The notes beneath the pieces were generated by a model. That model was not told where the DNA came from. It ran no database searches and saw only the letters and a list, made by a program, of their open reading frames with translations. From NCBI RefSeq assembly GCF_009914755.1, contig NC_060947.1: 64,000 nt of DNA; one strand, written 5' to 3'. This DNA comes from the human T2T-CHM13v2.0 reference genome, Homo sapiens. Below are positions 21,509 through 44,394 of the stretch, in pieces. Every line of letters begins with the position of its first letter. The stretch's first letter is position 1. A program made the position numbers and the translations under genes.

Positions 21509-23339
21509 CTACATAGTTACCTTAAATGAGACATTAACATTCACTATTATTTAATATTCCTATATTGCTTCAATGTGAATAAAATTCTGAGAGCAAAGAA
21601 CAGAAATTTGATTCTAAAGGCTTGCATTCTAAGAAAAGGACAAATGCAATTCTTCTGTTGTTCTTTACTACATAAGAATTTGTGTTAGTAAATATTCCAT
21701 ACCCATATTCTTGTTATGTAAGTGATAATATTTTCAATAATTGAAGACTAGAATGTTCATTATTCCAGTTTCTATCTTTAGATCCTTAGCTAGGGAGACT
21801 AGAATACATCGATCCAGAAAGAACTAAAATAAAACTTAAAATTTTTAAAGAAATATTTTTAAGATATGTTTTAAAAAATCGAGGTTAGCAATAATTGTGA
21901 ACTGTGCAAAGTTTTTAATAGGATATTTTGGTCACTGCATATCAACTTCGGTGTTTAGGAAAAAGTATTCTACTACCGTAGGTCCCACAGAATAACAGAT
22001 TTGCTTGAATACTGTCCTCAGTGAAGTTACTTTTGTCTCTTTTAGAGATGAGACAACTAAGCCACATGGTATATTGATTAAAATCAAACAAAAATAATTA
22101 TGAATTGTTCAAAAGACACAGGACTTATGAGAAAGGCTGTGGATCTGTGAGCCAAGTGCTAGAAGGCTCCTGGGAAAAGGGATATGTCTGAGACCCAGAA
22201 TCATTTAAAAAAAAATCAGAGTGGTTAGGGCATGGGGTTGGGAAGGCAAGTGGGGAAAGGAGACAGAGACAGAGTAGGGTCTCATTCCTTGTTCAATATC
22301 AACAGGTTTACTGATGGGGTGAGTTTATGTGAGCTACCCAGTGCCAGGACCTTCAAGCAAAGCCATGGCTTTAACAGGCAGAGACCTACATCACCTTCTA
22401 AGGAAGAAAGATGAAGAATAAACTCCACAACATTTTAAAGCCAAATGAAACTGCAGTACTTGCACTGCAGTATAAATGAATCATCACAATTTGAGCAAGG
22501 GCTAGCATTAGCTCTGACTAATGTGAGACTTTGTACTTGAAGATGGGGAGTGAAAAGTGTCTTTATGTTGGGGATAGCCCTTAAAATTGAAGTGTGCTTC
22601 ATTTTTCCCCCCAACAGGCAGAATTTCAAATAGTAGCCACTTCTGCTTGTCAAATCCCATTAAGACTAATGCCATAAGGCTGTTTAATTATCATTATCCA
22701 GCCGGGCACAGTGGCTCATGCCTGTAATCCCACACTTTGGGAGGGATGAAATCCCACACTTTTCATCCTAGTGAAATTGTGGTCAACTGACCAGTTTGAA
22801 ATGAGGTAAGTGATTAGACAGGGCTTGGGTAGACTTGTTTCCTCTCCCTATCCTGGAGCGAATGTGCTCTTTAAAGTCTGAATAATTTTTCCTTGACAAA
22901 GTGGTTGAGAAATCATCTGAAAGGGGTGGTAAGATTTCTGAAATGAGTAGAGGTTTAGAAGGATACTCCCTTGTCCTTTTTACAAGACAGTCCAACACAG
23001 GATTTTCTATTCCTTCAGCTGAGAAGAGTAGCTAAAACAAATTGGGGAGATTGAATCTATACGGGGGAACAAAATAAGGCTATAAAACAATCTTACTTAT
23101 TTGAATACCAAACCCATAGCAGCTTAGAATCTTGCTGTGTATATACTAACTGGTTATCTGTAATAATGATATGACATTACACTTCTTATATATGGTTTGG
23201 GAAATATATTTTTGCCCTTTACAAAGAAGTTAATTGAGGTTAAGTGTTAGCATATACTCCAGTGAAACAGTATTTTCTAATGTGGTCTCACATTTGCAAC
23301 TGCTGGAGGTAAAAAAAGAAAAAAAAAGTACTGCATTTA

Positions 23340-24008
<669 letters not shown>

Positions 24009-26043
24009 GCTGAGATCTGCTTTAAAATAATGTAATAATATGTTGAATACAGATAAAACAAGATTGTCTGTGTTACTGAAGCTGGGAGCTCATTATACTA
24101 TTCTCTCTACTATTTTTGTTCGAAATTTTTGATAATAAAAGATAGAAAAATAAATGCTGACAGAATCATATGACAGTATACTAAAAGAAAAAGGCCGAGA
24201 TTCATCATAGATGGTAGAGATGGATCTATACTTCAAACTAAGGTGGTGAAAACCTAGGCTTTTTGTAAGGAAAGTCCTGAAGATAAATGAGAGGTGAGGT
24301 TAGCCAAGTAAAAAAGTAAATAAATTATTAACCTCAAAGCTTCAAACCCCAGGTACAAAAAAAAATTATGATGTAGCTGCCACCATCCATCTGACTTACT
24401 ATAATACTAGGAAGAGGGAATTTTTAAATGACTTAATTTTTGCACATATGTGAATAGTCTAAGTCTTTTTACCAAGAAACAAAAATAACTATTCAATGTT
24501 TTAAAAATAGACGAAATAAAATACCAGAGTCTGTTGGAATGAAGCACATTGCCTTGGAAACTAGGAAGTTAACAACTGAACAAACACAAAGGAAGAATTC
24601 TATTATTAGCAAATGCCTATAACTCAAAAACGCAGGTGGGGGATTATTATTATATGGTACCTACCTCACAAGTTGCTGTGAGGGTTAAATGAATTAAACT
24701 ATTCTAAGCACTTTACTTATGTAAAGTATGCTATGCTATGTGCTATGCCTGAGTTAGCTATCATTATTGCTAGTATTATTATTATGCTGATGTATCACTA
24801 ATCATGTTTCTTTTAAAACGTTAGTATCTGTGATTTCACTTGGCTAAATTCAACCAGAATTTGGCTGTGCATTCCTGAGAGCAACTTACAACTTCCCTGG
24901 ATTGAAGAGGGATGACTACTTACAAGCAGTTTCCTGAGACATTTAGTTACCTGGTAAGTATTGATTTTATTCCCCAGTGGCCAGCTGACTCTGGGAGGAG
25001 CAGAATATGCTACACTGAAAACATCTTTCTCTGTTAACAGAGTTTTGGTATATATCTTAAACTAACTAAAACAAAAGACAAACTTATATGCACTCATAAA
25101 CTGATGGTGAGTGAGGTAAATAAACCAACAAAAGTATATACCATTCTCATCTCCATAAACTTCAGTTATGGCTTAAAAGGATAAGACTGTAACTCTGGAA
25201 CCACTTTACTTTTCTTCTTTTTAAATTTTATTTTTCCAAGTCCCATATAAAATTCTAACATTACCGAGGAATTGAAGAGAAAACTTTAGGGGCCTCATAG
25301 TTTTAGAGTCCAGTGTTACATACACATGTTTTTGGTTTTATGTTGTCAGTCATGGCTGAAAATGAAACAGTGATGAGGTTGAATAGAAAGTATGAGTTTC
25401 AGTAATAATGAGAGGAAAAAGAATTTCCCCAACTTAAACAGCCTTAACCTGATACCCAGACACACACATCCCCATGCTTCCCATGCCCAGCCTCCTAGTC
25501 ACTGTCAGTCGTACCTTGTGGGACAGGGCAAAGGAGTCTAAAAGCTGGGGTAGTGAAATCAACTTTAAGCTTACTTATTTCCAAGAAGTCCTTAGGTGTT
25601 TGTGATATCGCTATTCATAAAGTCAGTAATGAATTTTCAATTTTTTACTAGTTAAAGTAATGATTTACTAATCACAAGTCTGTGATAGTACATGAGGCTG
25701 CCAACACCTAATAGCCAAAGAAGAATAGGAATGTTTAAGCCACACTGAAATGCCTCTATATTGTATCATGAAATGCAGTTGTCATCCTGGCATTTCAGTT
25801 TATCCTGGAATGTAAATGGCAAATGTTTTCAGCTGTGCTGGCCTAAATTTAAAATTAAGATAAAGAATGACTAAAATTATACCTGGATGAAATTCCATTT
25901 TAACTTTACAAATTAAGCAGAAGGCTTTAAAAATGAAGCCCCTTTCTCAAATTACACAAAGAAGGTTCATAAATGTTTTCTTCACCAGGGTGATAGCTCA
26001 GCTGACAATGACTCAGAAATTTACTTGAGGCCTATGTTGCCTA

Positions 26044-26409
<366 letters not shown>

Positions 26410-28532
26410 TTACATAAAATGGGATTTTCACTTGAAAACTAAAAATAATAGAACAATAACAATCCAAATAAAAAGTTTACCAATACATATACTCTCACCA
26501 CTCCTCCACCTCTCCATAAAATCAAGTTCACATAGGTGAAAAAAATTACTTATCTAATTGCTTCCTGAAAACATTGAGCCCAGAATAGGTATTCTGTCTT
26601 GTACACTGGCACTCCCTATTGAATTCTGCATGCTACGTAGTAGGTATTTATGTGGTTCTTACCTCATGAAGAAGTTTAAATTTTCTAATTTTCACATGGT
26701 TGAAAGTCACCAAATATATAGAGCAGAGGCAGGTGAAAGAGTCAACAGGCAGAGCCTGTAGCTGTCCAGGAAAGAGTTGGGAGGCCTACCCTGGGCAGAG
26801 GCAGAGGCAGGGGAAAGGAGAGGAGGGGGCAGGAAGTCATGAGAAAAAAATCGGTGGAAAAAAGATGACTTGACTGCCAAATGGAAATTCCCCAATGAAA
26901 CCAAATGCTGAGAACTGTTATTTGAAATATGAATTTGACTCTGAAATCCTGTTCAGTTGATTTTATGGGTTAATTATAGCAATTAACAATAGTTAGTAAT
27001 ATTTTGTTATAGTAGGAGTTTTTAGCTTCCTCCTAACATTAACATATGAAGAGAATGAGAGCAAATATATGGCATAAACAAAAGCAAAATTATGAAGCTC
27101 CTCCCATTCAATCCTCTTTGACTTTCATCTTCTTTAAAGAGTTTTCTTTTGTTTCTCTATCAAAAATTAGCTTTCTGTAAGGAATCTGATACTAGCTGTT
27201 TGCACATTCATAACTATCTTTAACTCAGTATCCCAAAAGAAGTCTTCTATTGTGGAATGAAAGGCTTGTACCCGGCAGGAAGATCACTGTGGGATGGGGC
27301 ACTGCCCACTAGACTTGGCAGCTCTTCTAGATATATGCAAGCCCAGCCACCTCCCTTCCTCCCTCTGTCTCTCTCTTTCATCATACTGAGTTCAAGATAA
27401 TTTTTAGTTTGAAGATTGTGCAATACTTTATCTAGAACTCAGAACTGTGGTTTTAAAAGACCTTAGAGATCTTCTGGTTCAGCTAGAGAGAATATATCAA
27501 GTTCTGTTCATGATTATGAAACTCAGTTGGGATGCAGAAAGATAAAAGAGCTCTTAGCTTGTGTATCAGGATGTACCTTTGCTGCAGATCATATGGTTTC
27601 CCTTCCTCCCCCCATAATAGAAAAGCTTAAGTTCAGGGTTCCAGTAGTGAAAATATTTTCATTTAAAATGTACGATAGATCAGTGAAAACTATTGACTAG
27701 AAGGACCTGGCTAGAGAAATACTTTTATTTCTGTATTGCCCCATTTTGCTTCCTCAAGTAACACGAAGAAGCTGCAGGGATGGGAACTAAGCCTTCCATA
27801 CTTCATTAATAGCCTGGACAGGGAGGGGCCACTGGAGAATTAGCCTTGTTCTGATGGACAGGAGCTAGCAGGAGTAGGGGAAACCAGTATCATTCAATTG
27901 GTACCAGGGTACCAGTTAGGTACCTGCTGACAGTTTGGATGATGCTTTGAAACTCAACTTGACTCCTACCACTTCCTGGGCCAAGCCACTCAAAATGGGG
28001 GCCTTAACTTGGGAATAATCAGAGCGACCATGGCCAGTCCCAGCCATCCTGAGAAGGTTCTCTCCATTTAGCTAGACGAAGACTACCCAATTCTGGAGAA
28101 TTAGTGTTCAATCTTCGGGAAGATGCCTGTTGTTTGGTTCAATAATTTGCTCACAGATGATAGGGGAAAAACCATGGTAGAAAGAATGTAGAGGAAGGCT
28201 CTTTTATTTCATGTAAATCAGTAGAAGGTAAAAAGGACTGGAGTTAATCTTTAATATACACCAACTTCCTAAAAATCCTTGTTTTTGCTGATACTTCTTC
28301 TTGACTTTTAGGACTTTGACCACAAAATTTTAAGAAAAGGAAACAAATTAGCAAACTAAATTAAATGGCAGTTTGAGATATTTTGGACAAATATTTAAAT
28401 ATTATATATTTTGATAATACAATAAAACCTTCCTACCAGAATCTCAGGGGGAGAATTGTTCTGAATAGCTACATTTTTAAATACATTGTGATTTGAATCT
28501 TTATGCGCACAATCCTTTTTGTTTTAATAATT

Positions 28533-28650
28533 TTTTTGCAGAGTCTCACTATTTTCCCCAGGCTAGTCTCAAACTCCTGGGCTCAAGCGATCCTTCTGCC
28601 TTGGCCTCTCAAGTAGCTGGGATTACAGGTGTGAGTCACAGTGCCCACCT
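28533..28650 (-). mobile_element. FLAM/Alu monomer
   Basis: Single Alu left-arm-like monomer. Confidence 0.75.
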
Positions 28651-29666
28651 TAGTTAAATAATTTTGTATGGCTTTCTACAATTTCCTGACTTCTTTTACA
28701 CAGAATGCTGCTCATAATTTAACCTTTTCTTGATGACTCAGAGTTGTCATTGTAGATACTGATTAAAGACCTAGGCTGTAGAACAGAAAGCACCCTCAGG
28801 AACTTCAGAGGTATGCAAGAGTTGATTTCTTTCATATTGAAAGGCTGTTGCGCTTTCCAAGTTTTGGTGTCTGCTCAGTATATATCATATATATTTTTGT
28901 CAGGCTTTTATTTCTTTTCTCTCACTATGCTTTAGTTCTGCGTTCTCCTAATTTGTTGCTTTTATAATCTGCTATTAACTAGAACCTGACTAGCAACCAG
29001 TTTATTTCATTTAATAGCAATTTCCTAAGTGCTTGCTAGGTCCTAGATACCCTCAGCCATGGTCCCCCTTACTCTTACAAATCACAGTCTTTGATGTAAG
29101 TCCCTGCATCCAATGCTACATGGAGGTATGTAGCCCAGATAGTTATGGGAATATAGAGAGAAGGAATAGGGCTATCCAACTCGGGATGGTGAAGGTAAGC
29201 CTGCTTTAAAGAGGAGATAATTGTTAGCTCAGCCTTCCAGAACAGTAGGAGTTAACCAGATAGATAAAATAACAAAAGGCACTCCAACTAGAAGGAATAG
29301 CATGTGCAAGGTATGAAGGAACACGAATCTATACAACTTTTTAAAACATGGGAGCAAGTCAGCCTTAGAGAGTGTCTTTAGATGCTCAATTGTGAGGAGC
29401 ATGAGTGGATTTTTAAGGGTAGGAATAATTTTGCTGCTATTGTAGTTATTTTCTAGGTTTCTAGTTGTATTCTGGATAAGTAAGTTTCCTAAATAGCTGA
29501 GTTTCAGGTAGGGGGAGTGTAAATATGTTTAAATGATTTTTACTATATGCAACATATAAAGAAATGAATTCCTTTCTATTTGGAGGACTAGGGACTGGGA
29601 TTTCAAACTGACAGGAAAATGGCTTTCTGCTTTAAAGTTGATAAATAATTAAATGATTGACGGAAT

Positions 29667-29950
29667 TTCTTTCTTTTTTTTTTTGAGATAGGGTCTTGCT
29701 CTGTTGCTCAGGCTGGAGGGCAGTGGTGCGATCTCAGCTCACTGCAGCCTCTGCCTCCCGGGTTCAAGCGATCCTCCCATGTAGCTGGGAATACAGGCTC
29801 TTGTCACCATGCCTGGCTAATTTTTGCATCTTTTTGGAGAAATGGGGTTTCGCCATGTTGCCCAGGCTGGTCTTGAACTCCTGGGCTCAATCTGCCCGCC
29901 TCAGCCTCCCAAAGTGCTGGAATTAGAGGCATGAGCCACCGTGCCCAACC
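29667..29950 (-). mobile_element. Alu
   Basis: Dimeric Alu reverse complement. Confidence 0.88.
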
Positions 29951-30554
29951 TTAATTACCAAAATTTCAAAAGTACCTTAAACAGCAGAAAAGCTTTTTCT
30001 AAGAGAAATAATTTATCTCTAATTTATTCATATTCTATTTTTTAAAACGTAACATTCAGTTATTTCAAGAATACAAAAAAAGGTGTGCTAAGAAATGACA
30101 ATATTTTGACCATCAGGAAGTATTTTAATTCTAGAAGCATGGAGAAAAATACATTTTGAATACTGACATACCAGCGGTGGGCGGTGGGGGGGAGTTCAAA
30201 ATTAGCTTTAAAAATAAACAATTTAGGTGAAAGGTTCATGGACTTTAGAAAAAGATTAATATGGAGAAAATGTCCAGGTAAACATAATGCATCTATTTTC
30301 CCCCCCAGTCAAGATGTACAATAAAATACGAAGAACATGACATTCTAAATACCAACAGGATATAGATCCAGAGCAACAGAAACAAAGTCATTATATATGG
30401 CCAGTATATAACATATAAAATAAATTCATTTCATTTCATCCCATTAACCTTGGTAATATAATCATCAGAAATTATTTGTTATAATTACGTAGTCTTAACA
30501 TAGAAATGATCTGTATAAGTACCAGAATTGAGAGAGTTAGCTTAACAGTGACAT

Positions 30555-31160
30555 TTGTTTAAAAAATAATTTAGGATTTTCACTTGATTACAAGATCAGT
30601 ATGAACCATCAGTGCTATGTAGTTGTCCAAAAAGCTAATGCAATTTGGGGAACTCGAGGGAAATTTAAGGCCCAGAACACAAAAAAGTGATAGCCCAATG
30701 CTACTGTGCACTGGATCGGCTGTACTGTACTACCTGTAGTTAGAGTGTTCAGTTCAGGCCCTGTACTTTGTGGATACTGAAGAGATTTTGAACCAGTTTA
30801 TATGAAGAATGGCCAAATCACCCTAGGGAAGTTAACTTGGATAAGACCTAGGGGGACATGGTAGTTGTCTACAAACAGATGAACGGTTATCATACGGAAG
30901 GATGAAAATTGTTCAGAGTGGTTTCAAAAGTCAGGATTAGGATGACTGGGTAGAAGTTACAGAAAGATGCAAAGATGAGCTTTTTAATACTTAAGGAGTT
31001 ATCCAAAAATGAAATGAACTGTCTTGGGATGTAGTGACTACTTTGCTCTCTGAGGTTTAATACCAGAACTCAATCTTTTCTTGGGAATATTATGGAAGAA
31101 TTCAATCATTAGTTACAAGACTGGAGAAGTTAAGGCCCTTTGGAGTCCTGAGATTCTATG
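30555..31160 (+). mobile_element. CR1/L3 LINE fragment
   Basis: atgaaccatcagtgctatgtagttgtccaaaaagctaatgcaatttggg and gggggacatggtagttgtctacaaa resemble the L3 3' region; ends gagattctatgatt. Confidence 0.6.
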
Positions 31161-31371
31161 ATTAAACTGTGCTTTACTACCTGACCCTTTGGTCAGTCTT
31201 CCAATCACTAACAGAAAGTTTTAAATTAGGGGAAAAAATTAGCATTCTTTGAAACTATACTCAGCTTGCAGTTTTGCATATTATTGGAAATGATTAACTG
31301 GAAAAGAATGTGAAACTAAAAGAAAATTTGAATGTAATTTAATTTTAGAGGGCACTGTGGTGAAAAAATTA

Positions 31372-31697
<326 letters not shown>

Positions 31698-32297
31698 TTA
31701 CAACTATGACCTATGGCTCATTTTTCTGAAGATGGTCTATGTTGTTACTGCTTGATGTTCTAGCTATAAGGAATTGAGTTATATGAAATGTGCTGTGCAA
31801 GATTATATAATTTGTAACTTTTTTCTTTTTATTCTGACATGGGAATTTAAAAATTATGTTTTGCTTTGGCTAATAATAAAATCAGCCTGCATTCACATCT
31901 GCTTATTCTTTGCTAATATACAGGCTGATGGCTTGAGCAGGATTCTTTGATAAATGGAAAAAGGCAAACAGTATGAAATTAAAAATTAGCCATCAGTGTA
32001 AACCAGGAAGTGGCTAATCTACACATTTTAGATTTGACTTCATTTGGCCAGTTCAACTTTAAAAGGCACTATGCCTCAAACTTATTTTCTCTGAACACTG
32101 TTTTAATCTTGTACAGTCTCTTAAGTACTGGAGGTACAAAGAGAAAAAAGAGTCTATTCTTAAGGGACTAAGATTCTAGTTATGACTACAGAGTTATTAA
32201 ATTAAAAACTATCTGATGATGCTTTTTGGGAGTTGGGGTGGGGTGGAATGAGGTATGAAACACTGAGGTTGGGCTAATATGTAGCTTGAAAGTTTTA

Positions 32298-32534
<237 letters not shown>

Positions 32535-34224
32535 TTACATAAAATTAGATAACATGATAATAGAGAAACACATTAAAAACTTCTAAATTATTCTGGATGC
32601 TTGAATTATTTGTCATATTCTCACGTCTGGCTGATTTCTCCAAATACATACCTGTTCCATCCAATGTTCTTTAGGTATTATTTGCTTGTAAGGTTAGAGT
32701 ACAGTGCTAAGAATTACTAAGGAAGCATGGATGTTCAAGAAACACAGATACATTTTTTTTGCCTTACTATGCAATATTGTCTTCCTTTGAGTGACAGTCT
32801 AGATTTCTTTAGGAAAAAATATATTTTACACTTCCAAAATGTTTCTTGAAACCTCTGATTTTACCTACAGAGCCATTGTATCCTGGTTGTTAGGGGATAG
32901 CCATGGCCCTTTCTTTCTCCACCCTGCCCAGTCCTCTTTTCTTTGCTTTATTCATTCCACCCTTAAGCCAAGGAGTACTACATGGATGGGTCAGATTTAA
33001 TGATTTTAATTAAGCCTTGTTCCCAGGGACTTCAACGCTCTTCCTGGGCATGTCTTCTCTGGATCTGCTTTTCCTCTCTGTGGGGGTGGGAGGTGAAAAA
33101 GGAGAAGGGGAAAGAAAACCACTTGCCTGATTCCTAGTCCAGGGCAAAGACATCCTCTCCCCAAGGGGTATCCTGCTTGACCAGGGCTCCTTTATATCAT
33201 ATGCTTTGTGATAACAATGAGGGTTTCCTTTGTAGGATGTTGTCCTCTGCATCTATTTCTTACTGGGACCTAGTTGGGGCTGGTGTCAGGAAAGAATTTC
33301 ATAATGGGGAGCTCTGGTATCTGCTTAAACACTGTCCTCCCCAATATGACTAAAACTACATCTGACCGGCTCTCAAAACAGGGGCTAGTAAAAAAAGCAA
33401 GTCTCTTTAGTCATAGAAGACAAAAGGTTTTTAAAAATTCTCTCCTATATTTTCTCATTCATAAAAGGACACAGTTTTTGTTCAGTTTTAGCCAACATAA
33501 TAGGTATAAAAAAAGGGTGCAATCATACTGAGCTGGTACACCTGTGTTTGATGATGACACACAGGTGGGAGGAATCCTTACTCTGCCCAATGGGAGCATC
33601 AGGATTCTACTTTGGAAGTTATTCTTTCTGTCCAAAGAAGTTTAAAGACTTTTCCAATAGTCTAGCACAAACAGAGATGAGCCAGGAAATACAAGTGTGT
33701 ATGTGAGAGCCAGAGAAAGAAGGAAGGCAAGTGTAGAAATGAATAGTGAGCAAACCACAGCATGACACAAAGTAGCAAGAAGAGTCTATGGGAGAGCAGG
33801 CAAACCTCTACCGAAATCAACTGATAGACTGCTGTTAGTTAGAACTTTCTGTTGGTTCAAAGAGAGAACAATGACAACAGACTAAGATGGCAATACCCCT
33901 AGCATGATTCCAGTATGGGACACAGCAAGTGAGCAAGCCTAGAAAAGAATGAACATGATACAGAAGAAAAAAGTGCAAACTAGACTCCAACAGGGTCTTC
34001 TGGCCATGGCTGTGTAACTGTTATCACCTTAGGAAGGAGTAGAAGCTGAAATCAGAACTCCAAAGTTCTGTATGCCCTTAATAGTATGTTGATGATGTTT
34101 AGGCTTAAGTTAATGTTACAAGGGAATTTATATAATTCTCCTCTGTGTAGATTCAGTCATTCTTGAATCCTTAAGACAAGTTATAAAATGTGAACTTAAT
34201 TAAGTTAAATTAATTTATGTTTAA

Positions 34225-34379
<155 letters not shown>

Positions 34380-34429
34380 TAAATGCAAATTAACAGAATG
34401 TAAAGCCAGGTAGTATTACTTGTTAGGAA

Positions 34430-38660
<4,231 letters not shown>

Positions 38661-38899
38661 TCTTTTTAACATTTACAAGTGGAGAAAATAGATTAATAAA
38701 CTTCCATGTATCTATCACCCAGCTTTGGCAATTACTGACATTCTTTCAGCTCCTCCCCTGGCCTGCTGGGATGTATGGGCAACTTGCCCGTCTCCAGGCA
38801 AAAATAAAACAAAAACAAACAAACGAAAAACCCAAAAACAAGGACATTCTTTCATTTTTGCTTCATCTATCCCCAACTGTTTACTTTTTTTCCCCAGAA

Positions 38900-40850
38900 G
38901 TATTTTAACATAAATGTAATTTAACCTGTTAATAGTTCAGTATTTCTAACACAGGACTTAAAAATAACCATAATATCATTATTAAGTCCAACAAAATGAG
39001 CAATACTTCTTTAGTATCATCTAATACTCAGTCCACATTCAGTTTTCCTTGATTGTCTCAAAAATGTCTTTTCTCTACCAATAACTTGAAGGAGTAGAAC
39101 AGACTAAAAAAAGAAGAAAGGTCTTATTACGGTTGGTTGGTTCTAGACAGGATCCAAGGTCTGTACATTGCATTTGATGACTATGTCTTGTGAGTGTCTC
39201 TTACTCTGTAACAGATCCCCTTCCTTATGCTTTTTTTTTTCCAATGTTCATGCCATTGATTTGTTAAGATACTAGGTAATTTTTCCTGTGAAATCCCCCA
39301 CAATCTGTACTTGACTAATGGTACCTACATGGTATTATTTAATGTTTTTTACTCTCCTGTATTTCCTGTAAATTTGTAGTTAGATCTAGAATCTTGATTA
39401 GATTCAGATTCAATTTTAGTTTTATGCACTAATACTTCATAGGTGATATATCTATTGTATTGCAACAGGAAGAACATAGCACCTGGCTATCCTACTTTTA
39501 GTGACAGGATTGAGCAGTGGGTTCAGGTGTTGTCTGCCTGACCCATCATTATAAGATTCACCATCAACTTTTCACTCAATGATGTTAGCAGATGTTGATG
39601 CCTAGACCCATAATTAGAGGTGCCAAAATGGAGGTTTTCTTCAACATTTTGTTATGAAAACTATCAAACATATAGAAAATTGAAAGAATTATATTGTAAA
39701 GAGCCACCTAGATTCTACAATTAAATATTGTTACATTTGCTTTATCAAATATCTATCTCTTTATCCTTCTATCCATCTTACTTTTTAATACACCTTAGCA
39801 CACATATCATTGAAATTTAATATTTGTTTAAAATTATGCCTCTACTTAAAAAAAAAAAAAAGCCAGTTTTGGTGGCGTGCACCTGTGGTCCCAGTAACTT
39901 GGGACCAGTAACTTGAGGTAGGAGGATCACTGGAGCCTGGGAGCTTAAGATTGCAGTGAACTGCAGTTGTGCCACTGCACCCCTGCGTGGGTGACAGCAA
40001 GACCCTGTCTCTTAAAACTTCTATAAAAAGTAAAAAAAAAATAAAGTTATGCTTAAGGTAAAAAATGTATATACTGTGAAATGCACAAAAGCGTACCATT
40101 AGAGTTTTGATGAACTGCATACATTTGTGTAACCCAAATCCCTAAAAAAATTCATTATCCCACAAACCTCCCTCCCTCATCCCCTTCCCATTCAATCTCT
40201 GCTGCCATCTCCCCCAGTGCAAACCACTACTCTGATATTTTTTTCACCATAGGTTTGTTTTGCCTATATTAGAACTTGATAGACACAAAACCGTAAGTAT
40301 GTATTCTTTTATGTAAGGCTTCTGTCATTCAGCATGTTCTGAGATTCATTCATTTTGTTGTGATCAGTAGTTCATTTCTTTTTACTACTGCCGTAAGTAT
40401 TGCATTGTATGAATATATCAGTTTGTCCATTCTCCTGTTGACAGACATTTAGGCTATTTCTAGTTTTTGGATATTATGAATAAAGCTGTTATAATTTATT
40501 TCCAGAATACCAAGTTAGTTTCTAGGCAACCTCCAAAGGTGACTGATGAGGTGTTTTTTTTTTAATTATTATGAACTTACAGATTTTTATATATTTAATG
40601 TGTTTTAATCAGTTGCTGCCTTTACAAATTTTTGTGCTCAAATTGTCCCATTTTGGGCCAGTGGGAGCCCCTTTAAGTCAGTTCTTCTGTATTTTTGTAA
40701 GACTCCAGAAGTCTGATAACTTCCTTGCTTTCAGTCACAAGATGATGTTCCAGGCTTGTCATGTCCATTTCTTGCCCCAGATCTGGAATCAGCCATTTCT
40801 CTAAGTAGCCCTGTTTCTTTTTAGTGCAAAAAACGATTTAAATCCATGAT
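38900..40850 (-). mobile_element. Old L1M (L1MC/ME-like) fragments with an Alu monomer at 39848-40040
   Basis: L1M 3'-like motifs (tgagattcattcattttgttg, gtccattctcctgttgacagacattt). Confidence 0.6.
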
Positions 40851-40853
40851 GTG

Positions 40854-41873
<1,020 letters not shown>

Positions 41874-42632
41874 TCAAGCTAATATTTCTTCCTATTCAAT
41901 TATAGCATTTTTACTTTAATTCTTTGATTTGGCAAGTATAGTTCACTTTTGAACATGGGTTTGAACTGTGTGGGTCCACTTATACATGGATTGTTTTCAA
42001 CAAAATATATTGAAAGTTTTTTTTGGAGATTCGTAACAATTTGAAAAAACTCGTGGACCAACCATGTTGCCTAGAACTATTTTAAAAATTAAGAAAAAGG
42101 TGAAGGATGACTTCTGGAATAAAAAATTAAGAAAAAGCTATATCATAAATGCATAAAACATATTTAGATACTATTTTATTATTTAGTACTATAAAAATGT
42201 ACACAAATCTATTATAAAGAGTTAAAATTTATCAAAACTTACACCTACACAGACTGTAAACGGTGCCATTCAGTCAAGAGAAATGTGAACAAATACAAAG
42301 AATGCAATATTAAATCATAACCATAAAATTAACTGTAGTACATATTATACTACTGTAATAATTTCACAGCTCCCTCCTGTTGCTGTTGCAGTGAGCTCAA
42401 GTCTTGCGAGTATTCACCTAATATGTTGTGTGATGCTACTTATCTTTGCTTGAGCAGTTCATCTCTCCAATAAATTGCATATCACAGTAAAAGTAATCTC
42501 ACAGTTCTCATATTATTTTCACTGTGTTTAGTGCAATACCTTAAACCATAGGATCCATAAAAAGTGCCATTGGTGATGCTAGAAGTGCTCCTAAGAAACA
42601 GAGGAAAGTCATGACATTACAAGAAAAAGGTA

Positions 42633-43782
<1,150 letters not shown>

Positions 43783-44095
43783 GGCAGATAGGCTGACTCT
43801 ACTGTTTTGTGCAAATGCAGTTGGAATTATATCAGGACTATGCTTATTAGAGTTAGTGTATCCCTTCCTGCCCTAAATCTTGGTGCTTGCTTCTGTTCCT
43901 TATTAATAGATGTTCTCTGTGGCATTTTCTTTCCAGAATAGGGCACTTTTCATCCATATTAACAGCCTGTTCAGGCAGATATTGCTCCTCTTCAATACTT
44001 TTCTGAATGGCATCTGAGAACTCATCTGCTGCCTCTTTGCTGACAAAAACTGATCCTCCTGTCATGTTGACATTATTTAATTTTAATTTATTTTC

Positions 44096-44394
44096 AGAGG
44101 TGGGAGTCTCGCCCTGTTGCCCAGGCTGGAGCGCAGTGGCTATTCACAGGCACAATCCCACTACTGATCAGCACGGGAGTTTTGACCTGCTCCGCTGACA
44201 ACCTGGGCCAGTTCACACCCCTCCTTAAGCAAGTTGGTGGTACCCCCCTCCCGGGAGATCATATTGATGCCAAACTTCATGTGGACACCTGATTGGCATA
44301 ATGCACCACATCCCAGAACTCCTGGGTTCAAGCAAACCTCCTGCCTCAGATTCCTGAGTAGCTGGGACTATAGGCATGTGCCACTGCATCCTGC
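44096..44394 (-). pseudogene. 7SL (SRP) RNA pseudogene, full length
   Basis: Alu-like ends flank the S domain (ggctattcacagg...ctactgatcagcacgggagttttgacctgctcc); degraded A-tail 44081-44095; TSD ttgacatt(a/t)tttaa on both sides. Confidence 0.88.

Noticed and set aside
22228-22256. G-run cluster (possible G-quadruplex)
   Set aside because: One long loop, no supporting context, and such motifs are common.
27898-27927. Three clustered GGTACC palindromes
   Set aside because: Too short and irregular to separate from local slippage or chance.
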